DNA from: Vampirovibrionales bacterium
GTDB taxonomy: Bacteria > Cyanobacteriota > Vampirovibrionia > Vampirovibrionales > Vampirovibrionaceae
DNA length: 64,000 bases
Direction: 5' to 3'
NCBI GenBank assembly: GCA_029866025.1
Contig: JARXAD010000001.1
Coordinates: forward strand, 229,873-293,872
A program made the translations under genes and the position numbers. This document shows, piece by piece, positions 10,224-20,126 of this stretch. The notes below the pieces were generated by a model that saw only the letters and a list, made by a program, of their open reading frames with translations, had not been told where the DNA came from and ran no database searches. The stretch's first letter is position 1. Each line of letters starts with the position of its first letter.

Positions 10224-11083
10224 TGACGCCTGAGTCTATTCCTGACTTTGCCTTGCTGGAAGGAGTGATTACCCACCATCGCCATGATGGGTATGCTCAC
10301 GATTTTCATCATCGCCAGTTTTGGATGGTGGCGCATCTCGATGTTCTGGGCAGTTTAGTGACAGAAAAAACCCACCTTAAGGGTTTGTGGCCTTGGATGG
10401 GCGTCAATCGGGCGAGCTTATACCAATTTAAGGCCGAAGACCATTTACCGGATAAAACGGGGCGACCCCTTAAAGAAAAAATACTCGCAGCGGTGAATGC
10501 CGCTGGCATTGGAACAGAAGCCACTCAGAACATTCAAATCATTTGTCATTGGCGTTATGCCAACTACACTTTTAACCCGGTAAGTTTGTTTTATGGTTTA
10601 AATTCGGCTGGAGATGCCCAATGGTGCTTGGTTGAAGTAGAGAACACGTTTTACGAGCGCAAAACCTTTGTGATTCCAAACACGGGTACCCTTACCCATC
10701 CTCGCTTTGAAGCCACGTGCCCAAAATATTTTTACGTGTCCCCATTTTTTAGGGTGGATGATACCTTTCGCTTATCATTGCCAGCCTCTCCAACGGTAGG
10801 TAAGCCCTTTGCCATGAACATCACCACCTTGCGTGACAATGCTCCAATTTTAACAGCCACCTTTCAGGCACACTGTAAGACCTTGACGTCTTCTTCCATA
10901 AGGCGCTGCTTGTGGCGGTATGCATTCATGCCTCAGCAAGTTATTGTGGGGATTCATCTGCATGCACTAAGGTTATGGCTTAAAGGCGTTCCCTTCGCTC
11001 AAAAGGAAGATTTTTTACCCCAACAACAAGCGGTTTGGAACCCCAAACCGCCATTGTGTTCTTCACGTTCATCCCAACTCTAG
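10223..11083 (+). CDS. DUF1365-family protein (UfaO-like)
   Basis: N-terminal LLEGVITHHRHDGYAHDFHHRQFWMVAHLD is characteristic of DUF1365. The ATG overlaps the upstream stop (TAATG). Confidence 0.6.
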   Translation: MTPESIPDFALLEGVITHHRHDGYAHDFHHRQFWMVAHLDVLGSLVTEKTHLKGLWPWMGVNRASLYQFKAEDHLPDKTGRPLKEKILAAVNAAGIGTEATQNIQIICHWRYANYTFNPVSLFYGLNSAGDAQWCLVEVENTFYERKTFVIPNTGTLTHPRFEATCPKYFYVSPFFRVDDTFRLSLPASPTVGKPFAMNITTLRDNAPILTATFQAHCKTLTSSSIRRCLWRYAFMPQQVIVGIHLHALRLWLKGVPFAQKEDFLPQQQAVWNPKPPLCSSRSSQL

Positions 11084-11093
11084 GAATTGTGTC

Positions 11094-12446
11094 ATGTCTC
11101 AACCCTTAACATCGGCGGTTACTCAAAATCCATTGGAAGGCTGGATGGCTGCTATAGCAGAAGGCCAAGGATCTCGGCGATTAAACACGCTTATTAATGG
11201 CTGGGGGCAGCAGTTACTTCACAAGGCCTTGTCTCATATGCCTCATGGGTGCCTGGCCGTTATTCATGCCAATGGGCAGCGTTGCTTGTACGGTAATAAA
11301 ATTCTTACTGAGCCAACCGCTACGTTGCAAGTAAATAACCCTAATTTTTACCGAAAGGTATTGCTGTATGGCCATATTGGTTTTGGAGAGGCCTATATGG
11401 AAGGGCTTATAGAGCCTGTAAGTTCCGATATAAAAGACATTTTAAGCTGGTTTTTACTGAACATTGATGACAGTACCATGTTGGAAGGATCGGACCGGAA
11501 AATAGGGTGGTTTAATGTGTTGGGTTGGATCAATCAGGTTATTCATACCCTACGACCCAATAGCCTGAAGCTTAGCAAAGCCAATATTCAGGCCCATTAT
11601 GATTTAAGCAATGATTTTTTTGCACTGTTTTTAGACCCTACTATGACGTATTCCAGTGCATTGTTTGAAGGAGAAACAGCGCATTCTAGTTTGGAAGCAG
11701 CCCAGTTGGCCAAAATAGATTCCCTCCTCAAGGGCCTGCGCTTAAAAGCCACTGATCATCTGTTGGAGATAGGGACAGGTTGGGGAGCTTTGGCCATTCG
11801 TGCGGTAAAGCAATACGGCTGCCACGTTACCAGTATTACAATTTCTCAAGCACAGTATACTTTGGCAAAACAGCGCATTGCCAAAGAAAATTTAAGCGAC
11901 AAAATTGATGTGCGCTTGTTGGATTACCGCGAATTGCCCAGTACTTTTGGCTCCCACTGTTTTGATAAAATTGTTTCGGTGGAGATGGTTGAAGCTTTAG
12001 GGGATGCTTATATGGAGTCGTTTTTTAGCATGTGTGCCACCATGCTAAAGCGGAATGGCTTGTTGGGTATTCAAATGATTACCTGTCCAGATAGCCGGTA
12101 TAACTTGCTTAAGTCCAACACCGATTTTATTCAAAAACATATTTTCCCCGGATCATTGTTGCCTTCGGTAGGTAGGGTCAATGAAGCATTAACAAAAACC
12201 GGCGATCTGAGCCTTTTTGAGTTAAAAGATATGGGTCTAAGCTATGCCAAAACCCTTCGTCAATGGCATGATAATTTTGTAGCACAACAGGCCTCCATTA
12301 CCTCGATGGGCTTTGACAGCGTATTTTTTAGGAAATGGGTGTATTACTTTCAGTATTGCGAAGCAGCCTTTGCAATGCGAAATATTTCTGTGGTTCAGGC
12401 CATTTACACGCGCCCCAATAATACTTCCCTCATCACTGAAAATTGA
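11094..12446 (+). CDS. cfa: Cyclopropane-fatty-acyl-phospholipid synthase-like SAM-dependent methyltransferase
   Basis: 450 aa. SAM motif LLEIGTGWGALAIRAVKQYGCHVTSITIS. Cfa-like N- and C-terminal regions. Confidence 0.7.
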   Translation: MSQPLTSAVTQNPLEGWMAAIAEGQGSRRLNTLINGWGQQLLHKALSHMPHGCLAVIHANGQRCLYGNKILTEPTATLQVNNPNFYRKVLLYGHIGFGEAYMEGLIEPVSSDIKDILSWFLLNIDDSTMLEGSDRKIGWFNVLGWINQVIHTLRPNSLKLSKANIQAHYDLSNDFFALFLDPTMTYSSALFEGETAHSSLEAAQLAKIDSLLKGLRLKATDHLLEIGTGWGALAIRAVKQYGCHVTSITISQAQYTLAKQRIAKENLSDKIDVRLLDYRELPSTFGSHCFDKIVSVEMVEALGDAYMESFFSMCATMLKRNGLLGIQMITCPDSRYNLLKSNTDFIQKHIFPGSLLPSVGRVNEALTKTGDLSLFELKDMGLSYAKTLRQWHDNFVAQQASITSMGFDSVFFRKWVYYFQYCEAAFAMRNISVVQAIYTRPNNTSLITEN

Positions 12447-12463
12447 TAGTGTATCTAGACTGT

Positions 12464-13312
12464 ATGCTACCCATGCTTGATTTTCATTGGTTAACGATTC
12501 CTTTATGGCAGTGGACTGTTGGATTATTGCTGAGCTTCACTCTTCTTTGGTATATAGGCTATCGTTTAAGCAATGCAGGTATTGTGGATGTGGCGTGGGG
12601 ATTTAGCTTTCCACTCTTATTTTGGATAGAAATGCTGGCCGGTGGGCTTCCTTTGTCGCCTCATGCATGGGTCGTGGGTGGGTTACTAACCCTCGCCCAG
12701 GGCCGATTGGGATGGTATTTACTCCTACGGTTTTTCCACGAACATCCACAGGAAGATGGTCGCTATTCGAAGTTTCGTTGTGAATGGACAAGTCAATATG
12801 GCTCCGGTATCGCTGAGTGGTGCATGTGGGGTTTGTTTCTCCTGCAAGGAGCGCTGATTTTAGTGTTGATGCTGCCTCTATGGTGGGCTTCAAAAAATCC
12901 TGAAGCCCTTTCTCTATTCGATTGGGCTGCCTTGGGTATAGGACTAGGTGGAATGGCCTTAGAAACCATTGCCGATACCCAGCTGAAATTTTTTAAGCAG
13001 GAGGCGAGAAAAACATCATCGCCCCACTCTATTTGCCAAACAGGGCTATGGCGTTGGAGCCGTCATCCCAACTATTTAGGCCAATGGTTACTTTGGGTAG
13101 CCTATGGGCTATTGGCCATCAATCATCACAATGCCTGGGTATTTGTATACGCACCTTTACTAATGGGGTACTTCTTAACCTATATGACAGGCATTAAGCT
13201 GACAGAGGACCATATGCTAGCGACTAGAGGGGAGCCTTATCGTCAGTATCAAGAACGAACGGCCCCTTTTATTCCTGGTCTTCAATGGCCCAACTTTACA
13301 CCTAAATCTTAA
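12464..13312 (+). CDS. DUF1295-family integral membrane protein (steroid-5-alpha-reductase/ICMT-like fold)
   Basis: Multi-TM protein with conserved ...RHPNYLGQWLLWVAYGL... motif. Overlaps the cfa stop. Confidence 0.6.
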   Translation: MLPMLDFHWLTIPLWQWTVGLLLSFTLLWYIGYRLSNAGIVDVAWGFSFPLLFWIEMLAGGLPLSPHAWVVGGLLTLAQGRLGWYLLLRFFHEHPQEDGRYSKFRCEWTSQYGSGIAEWCMWGLFLLQGALILVLMLPLWWASKNPEALSLFDWAALGIGLGGMALETIADTQLKFFKQEARKTSSPHSICQTGLWRWSRHPNYLGQWLLWVAYGLLAINHHNAWVFVYAPLLMGYFLTYMTGIKLTEDHMLATRGEPYRQYQERTAPFIPGLQWPNFTPKS

Positions 13313-13335
13313 AGACTATTGAGTGAATAGGAACG

Positions 13336-14388
13336 ATGACCATGCCTTTGATTGATACCTTACTAAAGAAAAATCTGTTGCCAGATATGGCTGTTCGGTG
13401 GGGAATTCGGCGATTATTGGAACGTAAGCTACAGTATGAAAAGAGCCTACTGCAACAAACAGGGTTTACCTCTCAAGAAGCTGTGCAGTATTTTGCCAAT
13501 GAATTGCGTCAGTTACCCATTGCCATTGATACAGACGCTGCTAATGAGCAGCATTACGAAGTACCAGCCCTTTTTTACCAGTTAACCTTAGGGCCTCGCT
13601 TAAAATACAGCAGCGGTTGGTTTGCTTCGGAACAAACGACGTTGGCGGAAGCCGAAGAGGCCATGTTGGATTTGTATGTGCAACGCGCCGGTATTACCGA
13701 TGGTATGCGGATTTTGGACCTCGGGTGTGGATGGGGCTCGCTTAGTCTCTATTTGGCCCAACGTTTTCCTAATGCAGAAATTGTAGGATTTTCTAACTCC
13801 GATACCCAGCGCCCTTTTATTGAGGAACAGGCCGCTGCCCGTGGTCTTAACAATGTGCGCATCTTGACGGGCAACATCGCTACAGATACTCCCCCTGAGT
13901 TTGAAGAAAATCCGTTTGATCGGATTTGCTCCATTGAAATGTTTGAGCACATGAAAAATTACGAGGCCCTTCTGGCCAAGTTATCGCGGTGGTTAAAACC
14001 GGAAGGGAAGCTTTTTGTGCATATTTTTACGCATAAAACCCATGCGTATCATTACGAAGATACCGATGCCACGGATTGGATGACGCGATACTTTTTTAGA
14101 GGCGGCACGATGCCCAGTGATGCGCTGTTAGCAGAGTTTCAGCACCACTTGCAACTTACCCAGCAATGGGTTGTGAATGGGACCCATTATGAAAAAACAG
14201 CCAATGCTTGGTTGGTCAACATGGATGCCCATCGCGAGGAGCTATGGCCGTTACTAGAAGAAACCTATGGGGATGCTCCAAAATGGTGGGCCTATTGGCG
14301 TACCTTTTTTATGGCTTGTGCTGAACTGTGGGGGTATAACAATGGCAACGAATGGCGAGTCTGCCATTACCTGTTTCAAAAAGTTTGA
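13336..14388 (+). CDS. Second Cfa-like SAM-dependent methyltransferase (350 aa)
   Basis: ILDLGCGWGSLSLYLAQRFPNAEIVGFSNS SAM-binding motif. RBS AGGAA upstream of the ATG. Confidence 0.65.
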   Translation: MTMPLIDTLLKKNLLPDMAVRWGIRRLLERKLQYEKSLLQQTGFTSQEAVQYFANELRQLPIAIDTDAANEQHYEVPALFYQLTLGPRLKYSSGWFASEQTTLAEAEEAMLDLYVQRAGITDGMRILDLGCGWGSLSLYLAQRFPNAEIVGFSNSDTQRPFIEEQAAARGLNNVRILTGNIATDTPPEFEENPFDRICSIEMFEHMKNYEALLAKLSRWLKPEGKLFVHIFTHKTHAYHYEDTDATDWMTRYFFRGGTMPSDALLAEFQHHLQLTQQWVVNGTHYEKTANAWLVNMDAHREELWPLLEETYGDAPKWWAYWRTFFMACAELWGYNNGNEWRVCHYLFQKV

Positions 14389-14504
14389 TAAGACCTTATT
14401 TTATTCCTTATTGCAAGGAACTATCACTAAAAACCGTTGTCTATTAATGGTAGAGAACGGTTTGTCTCGCGGCACAAAGTGATTTAAATTGTTAGGAAAA
14501 CTCG

Positions 14505-14843
14505 ATGGTATTGTCATTACGAATGTTATTTTCCATTATTTTCTTAAGCATGTTGGCAGTAACGATTCGTGCCAGCACTATGGAAAGTCTCTTCAACATT
14601 CCTGCTGTGGTTACCAATGATCCGTGGTTTATAGCCACACTCTTCGATGCCTATGCTGGGTTCTTAACTTTCTATGCTTGGGTGTTCTATAAGACTCCGA
14701 AAATTTGGGCCCGTATTGCTTGGCTGGTGGCGATTTTACTTCTGGGGAACGTTGCGATGTCTTTTTATATGTTGTGGCTTTTGTTCCGTCTGCCAGCCAA
14801 TGCCTCTCCCCAAGAGATACTATTGCGCTCATCTAAAGATTAA
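14505..14843 (+). CDS. Small integral membrane protein (3 predicted TM helices), last gene of the lipid-modification cluster
   Basis: 112-aa hydrophobic ORF with a good RBS (AGGAAAA). Confidence 0.45.
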   Translation: MVLSLRMLFSIIFLSMLAVTIRASTMESLFNIPAVVTNDPWFIATLFDAYAGFLTFYAWVFYKTPKIWARIAWLVAILLLGNVAMSFYMLWLLFRLPANASPQEILLRSSKD

Positions 14844-15103
14844 GTGAGGCCTCTTGGCTGATTTCTAGAATCGTAGTGCATTCAAATTGATTAGAACATA
14901 GCCCCGTCTGAAATTGCGACAAGTATAATAGTTTATCTGTTATCAATATTCGACAAAGCCAGTGATGGCCTCTGTTTCAAGAATGACCCCTCTTTGACAG
15001 GCTTTAACTAGACTGGTAGGCATTGGGGGCAAAACCAAAGGGGCTCTAATTAGATGGTATTGTATAGAAATCTATGTCGTTCGTTATTTAGGCTGATTCA
15101 CCA

Positions 15104-16903
15104 ATGCCTTCGGGTAATCGCTCTAGCTCCGTAGCCCATGCATCTCCTCTCTCTCGGCTTTGCAAATTGGTAGTAGCCGAGAAAAAAGACTTATGGGTGT
15201 TGGTGCTATACACCTTGCTAAGTGGCCTTCTTTCTCTGGCGGTGCCGTTGGGCGCACAAGCCATGGTTAATACCATCACGGCCGGCATTTTCATCCAGCC
15301 CCTCATCGTGCTCACGTGTCTTGTACTGGGCGGCTTGTTGTTTGCGGAAGTTATCAAGCTGTTTCAGCTAATGCTGGTAGAAACCCTTCAACAACGGGTA
15401 TTTGCAACCATTGCCCTGCAATTGGGCCAGCACTTGCTTAAGGTGCAAAGCATTGCTCTGCAAGCAGAACACGCCCCCGAACTGGCCAACCGCTTTTTCG
15501 ACATTCTGACCATTCAAAAAGCGGTTTCGAAGCTGTTGTTAGAAGCTCCAGCGGCAGTGCTACAAATTTTACTGGGCATGCTGCTTATGAGTATTTACAG
15601 CCCCTACCTCATGGCCTTTGATTTTTTCTTGGTGGTTTCTTTTGTGGCTATTGGCTTGCTAGGCTGGGGGGGCGTGCGAACAAGCGTGGTAGAATCTGCC
15701 GAAAAGTACAGTGTCGCCCATTGGTTAGAAGAACTGGCCCGATGCCATGGTAGCTTTAAGCTTGCTGGCTGGCCTATAGCGGCCGTGCAACATTTAGATA
15801 CCCGCATTGGCAAATACATTACAGCCCGAAGAAAGCATTTTAAGGTAATCGTGCGCCAAGTGTTTGGCAGTTATTTACTCTATGCTTTTGCCAGCACAGG
15901 CGGCTTGGCTATTGGTGGCTGGTTGGTCATCAATCAGCAGCTAACGTTGGGGCAATTGGTGGCCGCAGAACTGGTGATTGTTATTGTGGTTTCGGCGTTA
16001 GAAAAATTAGTGGCCAGCATTGACCAATGGTACGACTTACTAACGGCCTTAGACAAAATTGGCCACGTAACAGATTTACCTGTAGAATCTGATGAGCAAC
16101 GCTTAATAGCCGCACCCACTGGGTCTCAGCAATGGACAGGGGCTAGCCTTACCGTGTCGGGGTTGTCCTTTGGGTATCAAGCCCAAGTGCCTGTGCTTCA
16201 AAACGTCTCTTTTAGTGTGGCGGCTGGAGAGCGTTTGGCCATTGTGGGCCCCAGCGGCCAAGGAAAATCTACCCTAATGGACCTGCTGTGCAGGCTATTA
16301 ACACCTCAAATAGGGCTAATTCAGCTGGATGGCGTGGATGTGCGTGATTGGACAGATGTAGCAGCCCTAAGGCAGCAAATGGCCTTGGTGGCTAACACCC
16401 ACCAACTGTTTGAAGGTACCTTGCTGGATAACATCACTTTGGGGCGAACAGGCATTAATCAAACCAGTATTCAGTGGGCGCTAGAAATAGCCGCCCTAAC
16501 CGAAGATGTGACCCAGTTGCCGGATGGTTTACAAACCATTGTGCAATCAGAAGGCAGCAATTTATCGTTGGGGCAACGATTGCGGGTGCTACTGGCTCGT
16601 GGCATTGTGCATCGCCCTCGATTACTTATTTTAGATGAAGCCCTGACAGGGATTGATCCTGCCACCAAAGGCCATATTATTGAAAATTTGTTGTCGCCCC
16701 AGCACCCGTGGACGGTGTTGTGCGTAACCCATGATCCGGCCTTTTTAGTCCGCTGTCCGCGCGTGGGGGTTCTCGCTCAAGGCCAATGGATAGAGGACGG
16801 TGATCCACGCACCCTTTTACGCAGCAGTGACAGTGTATTGGCACAGTTATTCCCAGACACCGTGTTACTGTCGGGTTGGATGAAAGAAGGCGCTTCCGAA
16901 TGA
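15104..16903 (+). CDS. ABC exporter, fused TMD-NBD, PrtD/AprD-type (type I secretion ATPase lacking a C39 domain)
   Basis: 599 aa. Six TM helices followed by an NBD with Walker A GPSGQGKST, signature LSLGQRLR and Walker B ILDEALTGID. Confidence 0.7.
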   Translation: MPSGNRSSSVAHASPLSRLCKLVVAEKKDLWVLVLYTLLSGLLSLAVPLGAQAMVNTITAGIFIQPLIVLTCLVLGGLLFAEVIKLFQLMLVETLQQRVFATIALQLGQHLLKVQSIALQAEHAPELANRFFDILTIQKAVSKLLLEAPAAVLQILLGMLLMSIYSPYLMAFDFFLVVSFVAIGLLGWGGVRTSVVESAEKYSVAHWLEELARCHGSFKLAGWPIAAVQHLDTRIGKYITARRKHFKVIVRQVFGSYLLYAFASTGGLAIGGWLVINQQLTLGQLVAAELVIVIVVSALEKLVASIDQWYDLLTALDKIGHVTDLPVESDEQRLIAAPTGSQQWTGASLTVSGLSFGYQAQVPVLQNVSFSVAAGERLAIVGPSGQGKSTLMDLLCRLLTPQIGLIQLDGVDVRDWTDVAALRQQMALVANTHQLFEGTLLDNITLGRTGINQTSIQWALEIAALTEDVTQLPDGLQTIVQSEGSNLSLGQRLRVLLARGIVHRPRLLILDEALTGIDPATKGHIIENLLSPQHPWTVLCVTHDPAFLVRCPRVGVLAQGQWIEDGDPRTLLRSSDSVLAQLFPDTVLLSGWMKEGASE

Positions 16904-18285
16904 CAACGCGTTATCTTTCTGAGTTTGTGCCTCAGTCCCTTCAGCAGGTGCAGTCGTCTAATCATTACCAACGTTTTGCCATGTTGTTGGTGATGCTTTT
17001 GATAACAAGCGTTCTATGTCTGGTGTTTGTCCCTTGGCAGCAATCCGTTACCGGCTTGGGAGAAGTGACTGTCTTTTCCCCCTCAGAGCGTCCCCAAACG
17101 GTAAGTGCCCAAATGGATGGCCGCATTGTGCGTTGGTTTGTAAATGAAGGCGACACCGTTAAGGCAGGCGACCCCTTGGTAGAGCTAGCGGAAATAGATA
17201 ATTACTTTTTAGATACCGACCTGCTGGCCCGTTTAAAAGGTCAACGCCAAGCGTTGGAAGCCAAACGCCTTGCCATTGGCAGTGGCATGGGCAGTACGGC
17301 GTCTCAAGTAGGTAGTTTGGGCCAATACGCCAAGGTGGCCGTACCCGCGGCTACTCAAAAAATTGAACAAAGCCGCAATAAATTAAAAGCCGCCCAACAA
17401 GCCCTAGAAACCGCCCAGCTGAACCACGCACGGCGTCAAGAGCTGTTTGCCCAAGGGTTGCGGAGCAAACGCGATTTTGAATTGGCAGAATTGGATTTGG
17501 CCAAAGCGCAGGCCGAATTAGGCGTAGCCCAACGGGATGTAACGGTGGCCGAGCTAGAGCAGGGCAAAACCACGTATGAGGCCAGTGCCAAAATTCAAGA
17601 ATCCGAAGCGAAGCTAGCCAAATCACAAGAAACGTTGGCAGAGTTGGATAAAGACCTGTTAAAAATGGACATTGAGATTGCCAACATGGGGCATCGGGTG
17701 TCTCAACGCATGGTAAAGGCACCCATTGGTGGCCAAGTGGTTCGCATTTTAGCCTTGGGTGAAGGCCAAACCGTTAAGGAAAGCACTTCGCTGGCGGTGG
17801 TGGTCCCTAAAACTACGGATCAAGCCGTGGCCTTGACCATTGCCGATTTTAACGCCCCCTTGGTTGCCGTGGGGCGCCCCGTGCGAATCCAATTTTCGGG
17901 CTGGCCTGCGTTGCAGTTTTCCGGCTGGCCGTCTATTTCAGTGGGCACCTTTGCAGGCACCGTGGCGGTAGTGGATGCTTTGGACGACGGCATGAACCGC
18001 TACCGAGTTCTGGTAAGGCCCGATTGGAAGCGGATTAAAGCGGGCAAAGACAAGCCTTGGCCATCACCCAAATACTTGCGGGCGGGTACCCAAGCCCATG
18101 GCTGGATTATGCTAGACACCGTTGCCTTAGGGTTTGAATTGTGGCGTCAGTTTAATGGTTTTCCGCCGTCTCTTAAAAAAGCCCCCGCCGATACCTATAT
18201 CAATAGCGCTAAGGGTGGTGTTACCGAAGAAACCTCCTCCACGAAAGAGGGCAATAAAGTCTATCGAACCAAGCAAAAGGTTTAG
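16900..18285 (+). CDS. HlyD-family membrane fusion protein (type I secretion periplasmic adaptor)
   Basis: N-terminal TM, long coiled-coil region, C-terminal beta domain. ATGA overlap with the ABC gene. Confidence 0.65.
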   Translation: MTTRYLSEFVPQSLQQVQSSNHYQRFAMLLVMLLITSVLCLVFVPWQQSVTGLGEVTVFSPSERPQTVSAQMDGRIVRWFVNEGDTVKAGDPLVELAEIDNYFLDTDLLARLKGQRQALEAKRLAIGSGMGSTASQVGSLGQYAKVAVPAATQKIEQSRNKLKAAQQALETAQLNHARRQELFAQGLRSKRDFELAELDLAKAQAELGVAQRDVTVAELEQGKTTYEASAKIQESEAKLAKSQETLAELDKDLLKMDIEIANMGHRVSQRMVKAPIGGQVVRILALGEGQTVKESTSLAVVVPKTTDQAVALTIADFNAPLVAVGRPVRIQFSGWPALQFSGWPSISVGTFAGTVAVVDALDDGMNRYRVLVRPDWKRIKAGKDKPWPSPKYLRAGTQAHGWIMLDTVALGFELWRQFNGFPPSLKKAPADTYINSAKGGVTEETSSTKEGNKVYRTKQKV

Positions 18286-18298
18286 CACGGTGTAGCCA

Positions 18299-19777
18299 AT
18301 GAGCCTTTGGCGACAGATTAGCTTTAGCATTGTGTTGGGATGGGTCATTGTGACCCTTCCACTGGTAGCGCTGGCCGGTATTAAAGTCCCTCAGCCTACA
18401 TCGTCATCAACCACCTTACCAGCGGTGTTAACAGTTCAACAGGTGGCGCAACGTATTCGACAGTATCACCCCACGTTGCGCCTAGCCCGCTTCGATGTTG
18501 GCTTGGCCAGTGCTAAACGCTTAGAAAAACAAGGGGCGTTTGATCCCGTACTAGCAGGTAGCAGCTATTTCAATCGCTACAATAGCTCGTCTTCTCCAGG
18601 CAAGGCTTTAGAAGCCGTGGAGGCCGATGGGGCCATTAAATTACAAACCCGATCTGGTATTGAAGTGATGACAGGGGCGAAACTAGCCCGTGGCGACATT
18701 AAAACGCCATTATCCCCAACCGGTGAGGGGGGCGAATATTACGCAGGTTTAAAAGTGCCCTTGTTGCGAGGGCTGGGCATTAATGCCAAAGCAGCCGAGG
18801 AACAAAAAGCACTTTTGGGAGAGCCTTTATCGGAAGCTTCGTTGCGGCAGGTTGAATTAAATGTATTGTTATCGGGCCTCAATGCGTATTGGGATTGGGT
18901 AGGTGCGTGGAAAAAACAACAAATCGAAACCGAGTTGCTCACTTTGGCTAACATTCGAACCCAAGCGGTAGAACGTTTAGCCGAAGCTGGAGATTCTCCC
19001 GCCATTGATGCGGTAGAAGCCCGTAGCGAGGTGCAACGCCGTGTGGGGCGTTTGGCCCGTGCCCAACGAAGTGCCGAGCAAGCCAGTAATAAACTAGCAG
19101 TGTTTTTGTGGGAAGAATTGACACCAACAACCACGCCTACACCCGTACTAACCACGATAGCCACTCCCACCCATGAACAGGTACCTTCTCAATGGGAGAT
19201 TCCAACCCCATATGGTACAGAAGCCTTGGCTGATGGCAAACTAAAAGCTTTGGCCTCTCGCCCTGAGTTAAAAGCGCTGGAGTTGTCGCGTCAGTTATCC
19301 CAAGTGGATGTGAAGCTTGCCAAAAATAATTTGCTCCCTCAATTAGACGCTCTCATTACCCAAGGCTTGGAAGTGGGCGATAGCGGCATTGGTCCTGTCA
19401 TCAAAGCAGGCATTAGCGTGGCCGTTCCGTTACGGTTGCGCACGGCTCAGGGCCAGTTAAAACAAGCAACCATTAGCGTCCAAAAGGTCACACTACAAGA
19501 ACAACAACTGATTCAGCGCATTTTTGTGGACATTGCCGATGCCCTATCGGCCATTAATGCGGCGTATGAACGGTATGAAGCAGCGAGTCAAGAATTATTA
19601 TTGGCTCAACAGTTGCAAGTTGGGGAACAAACCCGCTTTAATTTAGGCGATAGCACGGTGTTTCTCGTAAATCAACGTGAGCGGGCGGCAGCTGAGGCAA
19701 ATGTTACTTTGGTGGACGCGTTGGTGGATTATCAAGCGGCTGTCAATCAATACCAAGCTGTTACCGGGCAACTGTAG
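18299..19777 (+). CDS. TolC-like outer-membrane efflux/secretion channel
   Basis: 492 aa. Signal peptide, two repeated coiled-coil/beta segments. Forms an operon with the ABC and MFP genes. Confidence 0.6.
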   Translation: MSLWRQISFSIVLGWVIVTLPLVALAGIKVPQPTSSSTTLPAVLTVQQVAQRIRQYHPTLRLARFDVGLASAKRLEKQGAFDPVLAGSSYFNRYNSSSSPGKALEAVEADGAIKLQTRSGIEVMTGAKLARGDIKTPLSPTGEGGEYYAGLKVPLLRGLGINAKAAEEQKALLGEPLSEASLRQVELNVLLSGLNAYWDWVGAWKKQQIETELLTLANIRTQAVERLAEAGDSPAIDAVEARSEVQRRVGRLARAQRSAEQASNKLAVFLWEELTPTTTPTPVLTTIATPTHEQVPSQWEIPTPYGTEALADGKLKALASRPELKALELSRQLSQVDVKLAKNNLLPQLDALITQGLEVGDSGIGPVIKAGISVAVPLRLRTAQGQLKQATISVQKVTLQEQQLIQRIFVDIADALSAINAAYERYEAASQELLLAQQLQVGEQTRFNLGDSTVFLVNQRERAAAEANVTLVDALVDYQAAVNQYQAVTGQL

Positions 19778-19980
19778 AAGAGCAAAGCGATAACAAAATC
19801 ATTCGCTTAGAGGGGCAACATCACCTCATTGCGATGTAAAAAAGGCAAGGTAAAGGGAACGTTTGTAAAAGGCGTATTCTTAATTTTATACTTTCGAACA
19901 CTACACACAAAGGCGGAAAGTTAAGCCTAGAATGGAAAAAGCCCTTTGGTTGGTTTGCCAACATGGGGAATCGTCAAAAA

Positions 19981-20057
19981 TGGTGGGCCATCGGTGACTT
20001 GAACACCGGACCTCACCCTTATCAGGGGTGCGCTCTAGCCAACTGAGCTAATGGCCC
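19981..20057 (-). tRNA. tRNA-Ile (anticodon GAT), CCA encoded
   Basis: The reverse complement reads GGGCCATTAGCTCAGTTGGCTAGAGCGCACCCCTGATAAGGGTGAGGTCCGGTGTTCAAGTCACCGATGGCCCACCA, with cloverleaf, anticodon loop CTGATAA and TPsiC loop TTCAAGT. Confidence 0.9.
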
Positions 20058-20126
20058 ATCCAATTGTTAATTATTGACTGGTTACAGTAGCAACCCCGCG
20101 CGTCGGTGTCAATGTCGCTTATGGGC

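Noticed and set aside
14843-15104. Intergenic TTGACA...TATAAT-like hexamers upstream of the ABC exporter
   Set aside because: The spacing between candidate -35 and -10 elements is not 16-18 nt in any combination I could find. It cannot be called a promoter with confidence.
19778-19980. Hairpin AAGCGA...TCGCTT after tolC as a terminator
   Set aside because: It has a 12-nt loop and no downstream T-tract, so it is not a convincing intrinsic terminator.
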